Made by a program: the position numbers and the translations under genes
Origin: Eledone cirrhosa
Taxonomy: Eukaryota
Length of the DNA stretch: 64,000 nucleotides
Reading direction: 5' to 3'
NCBI GenBank assembly: GCA_964016885.1
Contig: OZ024744.1
Span: 91,264,001-91,328,000 of the forward strand
Part shown: positions 52,901-64,000 of the stretch, piece after piece
Position numbering within the stretch: the stretch's first letter is position 1
Layout: the number at the start of each line of letters is the position of its first letter
Notes under the pieces: generated by a model
The model's input: the letters and a program-made list of their open reading frames with translations, nothing else
Databases searched by the model: none
Told to the model about the DNA's origin: nothing

Positions 52901-55900
52901 CTCCTTGCCATGTTGACAGTTACAGAAGAAGCGCTGACTAAGGACACTGTAGGATAGTGTCATCTATAGCAGCACTCCTTGCCATGTTGACAGTTACAGA
53001 GGAAGCGCTGACTAAGGACACTGTAGGATAGTGTCATCTATAGCAGCACTCCTTGCCATGTTGACAGTTACAGAGGAAGTGTTGACTAAGGAAAGGAGAC
53101 TGTAGGATAGTGTCATCTATAGCAGCACTCCTTGCCATGTTGACAGTTACAGAGGAAGTGTTGACTAAGGACACTGTAGGATAGTGTCATCTATAGCAGC
53201 TCTCCTTGCCATGTTGACAGTTACAGAGGAAGTGTTGACTAAGGAAAGGATACTGTAGGATAGTGTCATCTATAGCAGCACTCCTTGCCATGTTGACAGT
53301 TACAGAAGAAGTGTTGACTAAGGACACTGTAGGATAGTGTCATCTATAGCAGCACTCCTTGCCATGTTGACAGTTACAGAGGAAGTATTGACTAAGGAAA
53401 GGACACTGTAGGATAGTGTCATCTATAGCAGCACTCCTTGCCATGTTGACAGTTACAGAGGAAGTGTTGACTAAGGACACTGTAGGATAGTGTCACCTAT
53501 AGCAGCAGTCCTTGCCATGTTGACAGTTACAGAGGAAGTGTTGACTAAGGACACTGTAGGATAGTGTCATCTATAGCAGCAGTCCTTGCCATGTTGACAG
53601 TTACAGAGGAAGTCTTGACTAAGGACACTGGGATAGTGTCATCTATAGCAGCACTCCTTGCCATGTTGACAGTTACAGAGGAAGTGTTGACTAAGGAAAG
53701 GACACTGTAGGAAAGTGTCATCTATAGCAGCACTCCTTGCCATGTTGACAGTTACAGAGGAAGTGTTGACTAAGGAAAGGACACTGGGATAGTGTCATCT
53801 ATAGCAGCACTCCTTGCCATGTTGACAGTTACAGAGGAAGTGTTGACTAAGGACACTGTAGGATAGTGTCATCTATAGCAGCACTCCTTGCCATGTTGAC
53901 AGTTACAGAGGAAGTGTTGACTAAGGACACTGTAGGATAGTGTCATCTATAGCAGCACTCCTTGCCATGTTGACAGTTACAGAGGAAGTGTTGACTAAGG
54001 ACACTGTAGGATAGTGTCATCTATAGCAGCACTCCTTGCCATGTTGACAGTTACAGAGGAAGTGTTGACTAAGGAAAGGACACTGTAGGATAGTGTAATC
54101 TATAGCAGCACTCCTTGCCATGTTGACAGTTACAGAGGAAGTGTTGACTAAGGACACTGTAGGATAGTGTCATCTATAGCAGCTCTCCTTGCCATGTTGA
54201 CAGTTACAGAGGAAGTGTTGACTAAGGACACTGTAGGATAGTGTCATCTATAGCAGCACTCCTTGCCATGTTGACAGTTACAGTGGAAGTGTTGACTAAG
54301 GAAAGGAGACTGTAGGATAGTGTCATCTATAGCAGCACTCCTTACCATGTTGACAGTTACAGAGGAAGTGTTGACTAAGGAAAGGACACTGTATGTTAGT
54401 GTCATCTACAGCAGCACTCCTTGCCACGTTGACAGTTACAGAGGAAGTGTTGACTAAGGACACTGTAGGATAGTGTCATCTATAGCAGCACTCCTTGCCA
54501 TGTTGACAGTTGCACAGTAAGTGTTGACTAAGGACACTGTAGGATAGTGTCATCTATAGCAGCACTCCTTGCCACGTTGACAGTTACAGAGGAAGTGTTG
54601 ACTAAGGGCACTGTAGGATAGCGGCATCTATAGCAGCACTCCTTGCCATGTTGACAGTTGCACAGTAAGTGTTGACTAAGGACACTGTAGGATAGTGTCA
54701 TCTATAGCAGCACTCCTTGCCATGTTGACAGTTACAGAGGAAGTGTTGACTAAGGAAAGGACACTGTAGGTTAGTGTCATCTATAGCAGCACTCCTTGCC
54801 ATGTTGACAGTTACAGAGGAAGTGTTGACTAAGGAAAGGACACTGTAGGATAGTGTCATCTATAGCAGCACTCCTTGCCATGTTGACAGTTACAGAGGAA
54901 GTGTTGACTAAGGAAAGGACACTGTGGGATAGTGTCATCTATAGCAGCACTCCTTGCCATGTTGACAGTTACAGAGGAAGTGTTGACTAAGGAAAGGACA
55001 CTGTGGGATAGTGTCATCTATAGCAACACTCCTTGCCATGTTGACAGCTACAGAGGAAGTGCTGACTAAGGAAAGGAGACTGTAGGATAGTGTCATCTAT
55101 AGCAGCACTCCTTGCCATGTTGACAGTTACAGAGGAAGTGTTGACTAAGGACACTGTAGGATAGTGTCATCTATAGCAGCACTCCTTGCCATGTTGACAG
55201 TTACAGAGGAAGTGTTGACTAAGGACACTGTAGGATAGTGTTATCTATAGCAGCACTCCTTGCCATGTTGACAGTTACAGAGGAAGTGTTGACTAAGGAC
55301 ACTGTAGGATAGTGTCATCTATAGCAACACTCCTTGCCATGTTGACAGCTACAGAGGAAGTGCTGACTAAGGAAAGGAGACTGTAGGATAGTGTCATCTA
55401 TAGCAGCACTCCTTGCCATGTTGACAGCTACAGAGGAAGTGCTGACTAAGGAAAGGAGACTGTAGGATAGTGTCATCTATAGCAGCACTCCTTGCCATGT
55501 TGACAGTTACAGAGGAAGTGTTGACTAAGGACACTGTAGGATAGTGTCATCTATAGCAGCACTCCTTGCCATGTTGACAGTTACAGAGGAAGTGTTGACT
55601 AAGGACACTGTAGGATAGTGTCATCTATAGCAGCACTCCTTGCCATGTTGACAGTTACAGAGGAAGTGTTGACTAAGGACACTGTAGGATAGTGTCATCT
55701 ATAGCAGCACTCCTTGCCATGTTGACAGTTACAGAGGAAGTGTTGACTAAGGAAAGGACACTGTAGGATAGTGTCATCTATAGCAGCACTCCTTGCCATG
55801 TTGACAGTTACAGAGGAAGTGTTGACTAAGGACACTGTAGGATAGTGTCATCTATAGCAGCACTCCTTGCCATGTTGACAGTTACAGAGGAAGTGTTGAC

Positions 55901-58900
55901 TAAGGAAAGGAGACTGTAGGATAGTGTCATCTATAGCAGCACTCCTTGCCATGTTGACAGTTACAGAGGAAGTGTTGACTAAGGACACTGTAGGATAGTG
56001 TCATCTATAGCAGCACTCCTTGCCATGTTGACAGTTACAGAGGAAGTGTTGACTAAGGAAAGGACACTGTAGGATAGTGTCATCTATAGCAGCACTCCTT
56101 GCCATGTTGACAGTTACACAGTAAGTGTTGACTAAGCACACTGTAGGATAGTGTCACCTATAGCAGCACTCCTTGCCATGTTGACAGTTACAGAGAAAGT
56201 GTTGACTAAGGACACTGTAGGATAGTGTCATCTATAGCAGCACGCCTTGCCATGTTGACAGTTACAGAGGAAGTGTTGACTAAGGAAAGGACACTGTAGG
56301 ATAGTGTCATCTATAGCAGCACTCCTTGCCATGTTGACAGTTACAGAGGAAGTGTTGACTAAGGACACTGTAGGATAGTGTCATCTATAGCAGCACTCCT
56401 TGCCATGTTGACAGTTACAGAGGAAGTGTTGACTAAGGACACTGTAGGATAGTGTCATCTATAGCAGCACTCCTTGCCATGTTGACAGTTACAGAGGAAG
56501 TGTTGACTAAGGACACTGTAGGATAGTGTCATCTATAGCAGCACTCCTTGTCATGTTGACAGTTACAGAGGATGTGTTGACTAAGGAAAGGACACTGTAT
56601 GATAGTGTCATCTATAGCAGCACTCCTTGCCATGTTGACAGCTACAGAGGAAGTGTTGACTAAGGACACTGTAGGATAGTGTCATCTATAGCAGCACTCC
56701 TTGCCATGTTGACAGTTACAGAGGAAGTGTTGACTAAGGACACTGTAGGATAGTGTCATCTATAGCAGCACTCCTTGCCATGTTGACAGTTACAGAGGAA
56801 GTGTTGACTAAGGACACTGTAGGATAGTGTCATCTATAGCAGCACTCCTTGCCATGTTGACAGCTACAGAGGAAGTGTTGACTAAGGACACTGTAGGATA
56901 GTGGCATCTATAGCAGCACTCATTGCCATGTTGACAGTTGCAGAGGAAGTGTTGACTAAGGACACTGTAGGATAGTGTCATCTATAGCAGCACTCCTTGC
57001 CATGTTGACAGTTACAGAGGAAGTGTTGACTAAGGACACTGTAGGATAGTGTCATCTATAGCAGCACTCCTTGCCATGTTGACAGCTACAGAGGAAGTGT
57101 TGACTAAGGACACTGTAGGATAGTGGCATCTATAGCAGCACTCCTTGCCATGTTGACAGTTACAGAGGAAGTGTTGACTAAGGGCACTGTAGGATAGTGT
57201 CATCTATAGCAGCACTCCTTGCCATGTTGACAGTTACAGAGGAAGTGTTGACTAAGGACACTGTAGGATAGTGTCATCTATAGCAGCACTCCTTGCCATG
57301 TTGACAGTTACAGAGGAAGTGTTGACTAAGGACACTGTAGGATAGTGTCATCTATAGCAGCACTCCTTGCCATGTTGACAGCTACAGAGGAAGTGTTGAC
57401 TAAGGACACTGTAGGATAGTGGCATCTATAGCAGCACTCCTTGCCATGTTGACAGTTACAGAGGAAGTGTTGACTAAGGACACTGTAGGATAGTGTCATC
57501 TATAGCAGCACTCCTTGCCATGTTGACAGTTACAGAGGAAGTGTTGACTAAGGACACTGTAGGATAGTGTCATCTATAGCAGCACTCCTTGCCATGTTGA
57601 CAGCTACAGAGGAAGTGTTGACTAAGGACACTGTAGGATAGTGGCATCTATAGCAGCACTCCTTGCCATGTTGACAGTTACAGAGGAAGTGTTGACTAAG
57701 GACACTGTAGGATAGTGTCATCTATAGCAGCACTCCTTGCCATGTTGACAGTTACAGAGGAAGTGTTGACTAAGGACACTGTAGGATAGTGTCATCTATA
57801 GCAGCACTCCTTGCCATGTTGACAGCTACAGAGGAAGTGTTGACTAAGGACACTGTAGGATAGTGGCATCTATAGCAGCACTCCTTGCCATGTTGACAGT
57901 TACAGAGGAAGTGTTGACTAAGGAAAGGACACTGTAGGATAGTGTCATCTATAGCAGCACTCCTTGCCATGTTGACAGTTACAGAGGAAGTGTTGACTAA
58001 GGACACTGTAGGATAGTGTCATCTATAGCAGCACTCCTTGCCATGTTGACAGTTACAGAGGAAGTGTTGACTAAGGACACTGTAGGATAGTGTCATCTAT
58101 AGCAGCACTCCTTGCCATGTTGACAGTTACAGAGGAAGTGTTGACTAAGGAAAGGACACTGTAGGATAGTGTCATCTATAGCAGCACTCCTTGCCATGTT
58201 GACAGTTACAGAGGAAGTGTTGACTAAGGACACTGTAGGATAGTGTCATCTATAGCAGCACTCCTTGCCATGTTGACAGTTACAGAGGAAGTGTTGACTA
58301 AGGACACTGTAGGATAGTGTCATCTATAGCAGCACTCCTTGCCATGTTGACAGTTACAGAGGAAGTGTTGACTAAGGACACTGTAGGATAGTGTCATCTA
58401 TAGCAGCACTCCTTGCCATGTTGACAGTTACAGAGGAAGTGTTGACTAAGGAAAGGACACTGTAGGATAGTGTCATCTATAGCAGCACTCCTTGCCATGT
58501 TGACAGTTACAGAGGAAGTGTTGACTAAGGACACTGTAGGATAGTGTCATCTATAGCAGCACTCCTTGCCATGTTGACAGTTACAGAGGAAGTGTTGACT
58601 AAGGACACTGTAGGATAGTGTCATCTATAGCAGCACTCCTTGCCATGTTGACAGTTGTAGAGGAATTGTTGACTAAGGAAAGGACACTGTAGGTTAGTGT
58701 CATCTATAGCAGCACTCCTTGCCATGTTGACAGTTACAGAGGAAATGTTGACTAAGGAAAGGAGACTGTAGGATAGTGTCATCTATAGCAGCACTCCTTG
58801 CCATGTTGACAGTTACAGAGGAAGTGTTGACTAAGGACACTGTAGGATAGTGTCATCTATAGCAGCACTCCTTGCCATGTTGACAGTTACAGAGGAAGTG

Positions 58901-60571
58901 CTGACTAAGGACACTGTAGGATAGTGTCATCTATAGCAGCAGTCCTTGCCATGTTGACAGTTACAGAGGAAGTCTTGACTAAGGACACTGGGATAGTGTC
59001 ATCTATAGCAGCACTCCTTGCCATGTTGACAGTTACAGAGGAAGTGTTGACTAAGGAAAGGACACTGTAGGATAGTGTCATCTATAGCAGCACTCCTTGC
59101 CATGTTGACAGTTACAGAGGAAGTGTTGACTAAGGAAAGGACACTGGGATAGTGTCATCTATAGCAGCACTCCTTGCCATGTTGACAGTTACAGAGGAAG
59201 TGTTGACTAAGGACACTGTAGGATAGTGTCATCTATAGCAGCACTCCTTGCCATGTTGACAGTTACAGAGGAAGTGTTGACTAAGGACACTGTAGGATAG
59301 TGTCATCTATAGCAGCACTCCTTGCCATGTTGACAGTTACAGAGGAAGTGTTGACTAAGGACACTGTAGGATAGTGTCATCTATAGCAGCACTCCTTGCC
59401 ATGTTGACAGTTACAGAGGAAGTGCTGACTAAGGACACTGTAGGATAGTGTCATCTATAGCAGCACTCCTTGCCATGTTGACAGTTACAGAGGAAGTGTT
59501 GACTAAGGAAAGGACACTGTAGGATAGTGTCATCTATAGCAGCACTCCTTGCCATGTTGACAGTTACAGAGGAAGTGTTGACTAAGGACACTGTAGGATA
59601 GTGTCATCTATAGCAGCACTCCTTGCCATGTTGACAGTTACAGAGGAAGTGTTGACTAAGGACACTGTAGGATAGTGTCATCTATAGCAGCACTCCTTGC
59701 CATGTTGACAGTTACAGAGGAAGTGTTGACTAAGGACACTGTAGGATAGTGTCATCTATAGCAGCACTCCTTGCCATGTTGACAGTTACAGAGGAAGTGT
59801 TGGCTAAGGACACTGTAGGATAGTGTCATCTATAGCAGCACTCCTTGCCATGTTGACAGTTACAGAGGAAGTGTTGACTAAGGACACTGTAGGATAGTGT
59901 CATCTATAGCAGCACTCCTTGCCATGTTGACAGCTACAGAGGAAGTGTTGACTAAGGACACTGTAGGATAGTGTCATCTATAGCAGCACTCCTTGCCATG
60001 TTGACAGTTACAGAGGAAGTGTTGACTAAGGAAAGGACACTGTAGGATAGTGTAATCTATAGCAGCACTCCTTGCCATGTTGACAGTTACAGAGGAAGTG
60101 TTGACTAAGGAAAGGACACTGTAGGATAGTGTCATCTATAGCAGCACTCCTTGCCATGTTGACAGTTACAGAGGAAGTGTTGACTAAGGACACTGTAGGA
60201 TAGTGTCATCTATAGCAGCACTCTTTGCCATGTTGACAGTTAGAGAGGAAGTGTTGACTAAGGAGACTGTAGGATAGTGTCAACTATAGCAGCACTCCTT
60301 GCCATGTTGACAGTTACAGAGGAAGTGTTGACTAAGGACACTGTAGGATAGTGTCATCTATAGCAGCACTCCTTGCCATGTTGACAGTTAGAGAGGAAGT
60401 GTTGACTAAGGAGACTGTAGGATAGTGTCAACTATAGCAGCACTCCTTGCCATGTTGACAGTTACAGAGGAAGTGTTGACTAAGGACACTGTAGGATAGT
60501 GTCATCTATAGCAACACTCCTTGCCATGTTGACAGTTACAGAGGAAGTGTTGACAAAGGAAAGAACACTGT
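34988..60571. repeat. 74-bp satellite array, ~25.6 kb, ~340 monomers
   Basis: Consensus GGACACTGTAGGATAGTGTCATCTATAGCAGCACTCCTTGCCATGTTGACAGTTACAGAGGAAGTGTTGACTAA. There are 79-bp (+GGAAA) and -2 bp (CTGGGAT) variants, and the first and last monomers are degenerate. Confidence 0.98.
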
Positions 60572-60811
60572 CAAATATTGAGGCAAATGTTGTTATGGAT
60601 TTCATAGAAGACATGGACTTGTCATAAGATATTTATAGATGTAGATGTCAGCACCACAAATAGGTGCTGAATATCAGGACAGCCATGTCCCGGATTTCAA
60701 AAAATACAGAGGCTTACCATAAGCTACAGATACAGATGTAGAGGCCAGCACCAACATGACACACGTGTCTTTGATTTCATAGGTCATGAGTTTTCTCCCT
60801 TTACCTCAGAA

Positions 60812-61700
60812 TTATTGGTTTCTGATTTAGGCATAAGGCCAGCAATTTTTGGAGGAGGGGAAATTCGATTAGATCAGCACCAATGCATTACTGGTACTTT
60901 ATTCTATCTATTCCATAAGGATGAGGCCCCGTAGCAGCCCCATAGCAGCCCCATGCACCAGATGGCTGGATATCATCAGGGAAGATCTCCGGAGGCTTGA
61001 CATCACCTTGAAGGATGCAGAGGAGCTGGCACAGGACTGCTAGCGATGGAAGTTGCTGATAGGACCTGGCTGGCTCTATACTCGATGATTCTTTGGGATT
61101 GCTGGCTTAGGATGACCCCCAGCATTGTCGAGCAACATCAAGAAGAAGAAGAAGATAATGATGAAAGGCAAAGCTAACCTTAGCGGGATTTGAACTCAGA
61201 ACGTAAAGGGCCGTAACTATGTGCTACAAAATAGGGTGTCCAACTCTCTCCGATACCTGCCAATACACTGCCAATAATAATAACTGTTTCTACTTTTGGC
61301 ACAAGGCCAGCAAATACCCAGTGTATTACTGGTACTTTATTTTATCGACCCCGTAAGGATGAAAGGCAAAGTTAACCTCGGCGGGATTTGAACTCAGAAT
61401 GGCAAGGGCCGTAACTCAATGCGTCAAAGCATGGCGTCCGACCCTCTACCGATACTGCCAATCCACCGCTCTAATAATGGTTTCTGATATAGGCATAAGG
61501 CCAACCATTTTAGGGGAGGGGAAGTCATTTAAATCGACCCTGGTGCATTACTGGTACTTTATTTCATCGACTCTGTAAGGATGAAAGGCAAAGCTAACCT
61601 TAGTGAGATTTGAATTCAGAACGTAAAGGGCCGTAACTCTATGCCGTAGATCATATTAACCGATGATGCTCCACCGATTCTGCAAATCCACCGCTTGAAA
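60812..61700 (-). mobile_element. Tandem array of three SINE-derived units
   Basis: TTACTGGTACTTTATT..AAGGATGAAAGGCAAAG..GATTTGAACTCAGAACGTAAAGGGCCGTAACT recurs. Same family as 20356-20705. Confidence 0.82.
60925..61154 (+). mobile_element. RTE-like LINE 3' fragment inserted into a SINE, with (AAG)n tail and ~10-bp TSD
   Basis: Translates TRWLDIIREDLRRLDITLKDAEELAQD. It is flanked by ATAAGGATGA (60915-60924) and ATAATGATGA (61155-61164), and the SINE resumes at AAGGCAAAG. Confidence 0.8.
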
Positions 61701-61734
61701 ACTCTAAAATAACAATAGCAGTAACAGACACACA

Positions 61735-61787
<53 letters not shown>

Positions 61788-61803
61788 ACACACACACACA
61801 CAG

Positions 61804-61835
<32 letters not shown>

Positions 61836-61852
61836 ACACACACACACACACA

Positions 61853-61895
<43 letters not shown>

Positions 61896-62231
61896 TATGG
61901 AGTGTATTTTCCTAGTTGTAAATATATAACTTTTTATAAGCCAATGGTCATGAGTGCCTAACTCATGATATACAGCAAGTCTTGGGCATTTTAAACTTGG
62001 CAGTATATTTAGAAAAGGGTATAAATGTTTATAGCAGATTTAGAGCACTCAACAAGTTCCTGAAGCAAAAGATCAATGAAAATAATCATTAAATCACTAT
62101 ATGTAATGATGCATATACATACACCTTTATACATATATACATATACACATATATATACACACATATATATACATACACACACACACACACACAAAAACAC
62201 AACCACAGAAATACACACACACATACAATAC

Positions 62232-62280
<49 letters not shown>

Positions 62281-62399
62281 TAGGAAAAAGTCTGACGCCA
62301 CAGCAGAGCTGAAGCTGTTTCTACAGCAAGTGTTGGGCATTTAAAACTTGGCAGAGACCATACCTCTCCAGGTCTGAACACAGTGAATTGGTTCCTGAA

Positions 62400-62401
<2 letters not shown>

Positions 62402-62477
<76 letters not shown>

Positions 62478-62603
62478 TGGGTGGGGGGGAGAAAGATCAA
62501 GGAAGAGAGAGAGAGAGATTGAGAGATTGAGAGAAAAAGTGAAGAAGAGAGAGAGAGAGAGAGAAGAGACTGAGAGAAAAAGTGAAGAGAGAGAGAAAGA
62601 GCA

Positions 62604-62645
<42 letters not shown>

Positions 62646-63060
62646 AGTGAGACTGAGAGAAAAACTGAAGAAGAGAAAGAGAAAGAGAGAGAGAGAGAGG
62701 GGTGGGGGTGGGGGGAGAAAGATCAAGGAAGAGAGAGAGAGAGATTGAGAGATTGAGAGAAAAAGTGAAGAAAAGAGGGAGAGAAACTGAGAGAGAGATA
62801 GAGAAAAAGCAAGGAAGAGAGAGAGAGAGATTGAGAGATTGAGAGAAAAAGTGAAGAAAAGAGGGAGAGATAGAGAAAAAGCAAGGAAGAGAGAGAGAGA
62901 GAGCATAGAGACTGAGAGAAAAAGTGAAGAAAAGAGGGAGAGAAACTGAGAGAGAGATAGAGAAAAAGCAAGGAAGAGAGAGAGAGAGCGTAGAGACTGA
63001 GAGAAAAAGGGAAGAAATAAGGGAGAGAAAGAGAGAGAAAGCGAGGAGGGAGAGAGGGAG
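62402..63060. repeat. (GA)n-rich compound polypurine tract with internal duplications
   Basis: Directly visible in the sequence. Confidence 0.92.
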
Positions 63061-63129
63061 GGAGAACAGGATTGTATCGAGAAGGAATTTTACTAGATAG
63101 ATAGAGAGAGTGGGAGAGAGGGAAAAAGA

Positions 63130-63715
63130 TAGAGAGAGAGAGGGGGGGAGGGTTACATCTAGAAGGAATTGTACTAGAGAGAGTGAGAGGGATATTATTA
63201 GATAGATACATAGAGAGAGTGGGAGAGAGGGAAAAAGATAGAGAGAGGGGGGGGAAGGGTTACATCTAGAAGGAATTGTACTAGAGAGAGTGAGAGGGAT
63301 ATTATTAGATAGATACATAGAGAGAGTGGGAGAGAAGGAAAAAGATAGAGAGAGGGGGGGGCAGGGTTATATCTAGAAGGAATTGTACTAGAGAGAGTGA
63401 GAGGGATATTATTAGATAGATACATAGAGAGAGTGGGAGAGAAGGAAAAAGATAGAGAGGGGGGGGGCAGGGTTATATCTAGAAGGAATTGTACTAGAGA
63501 GAGTGAGAGGGATATTATTAGATAGATACATAGAGAGAGTGGGAGAGAAGGAAAAAGATAGAGAGGGGGGGGGGCAGGGTTATATCTAGAAGGAATTGTA
63601 CTAGAGAGAGTGAGAGGGATATTATTAGATAGATACATAGAGAGAGTGGGAGAGAAGGAAAAAGATAGAGAGAGAGGGGGGCAGGGTTACATCTAGAAGG
63701 AATTGTACTAAATAG
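63130..63715. repeat. ~106-bp purine-rich minisatellite, about 5.5 copies
   Basis: GGTTAYATCTAGAAGGAATTGTACTAGAGAGAG at about 63151, 63257, 63365, 63471, 63578 and 63685. Confidence 0.9.
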
Positions 63716-64000
63716 AGAGATATTAGTAGATATATTTCTTTATTAGTAGATAGATTGATAGAAAGAAAGAAAGATTAGATAGATAGAATGAAAAAGAGAG
63801 AGAGAGGGTAACAGGATAATGTTGAGAAGGAATTTTACTAAATAGAGAGAGAGAGTGAGAGTGATATTATTATATAGATAGATAGAGTGAGAGGAAAGAA
63901 AAATAGAGAGAGAGAGAGAGTGAGAGAGAGAGAGAGAGTGAGAGAGGGTAACAGGATAATGTTGAGAAGGAATTTTACTAAATAGAGAGAGAGAGTGAGA

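Noticed and set aside
34988-60571. 74-nt monomer as a tandem tRNA gene array or coding repeat
   Set aside because: There is no A/B box or cloverleaf, and stop codons are frequent. The two short ORFs arise only from indel variants.

Overview
Repeat-saturated, AT-rich animal genomic DNA. I found no recognisable intact host protein-coding gene, and almost all listed ORFs are microsatellite translations. The SINE/LINE repertoire suggests a coleoid cephalopod (Octopus-like), but that is an inference. Contents: (1) decayed non-LTR retrotransposons: a 5'-truncated R4/Dong-like RT-CCHC-RLE element (5968-8620, -) and a second R4-like 3' fragment, both ending in (ACAT)n; an RTE-clade APE-RT element (15750-18838, +) with a C4HC3 PHD-type finger inside the RT; several RTE 3' fragments. 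(2) tRNA-derived SINEs, one family sharing its 3' end with a resident RTE. (3) Six type I hammerhead-ribozyme motifs, most with palindromic stem III and three with long or branched stem II, plus nearby fold-back palindromes, together suggesting Penelope-like relics. (4) A 4.4-kb fold-back (29850-34244): 273-bp unique inverted arms enclosing a 26-bp satellite that switches orientation. (5) A 25.6-kb array of a 74-bp hairpin-capable satellite (34988-60571) with nested higher-order duplications. Coordinates were read by eye, and boundaries of degenerate elements are approximate.
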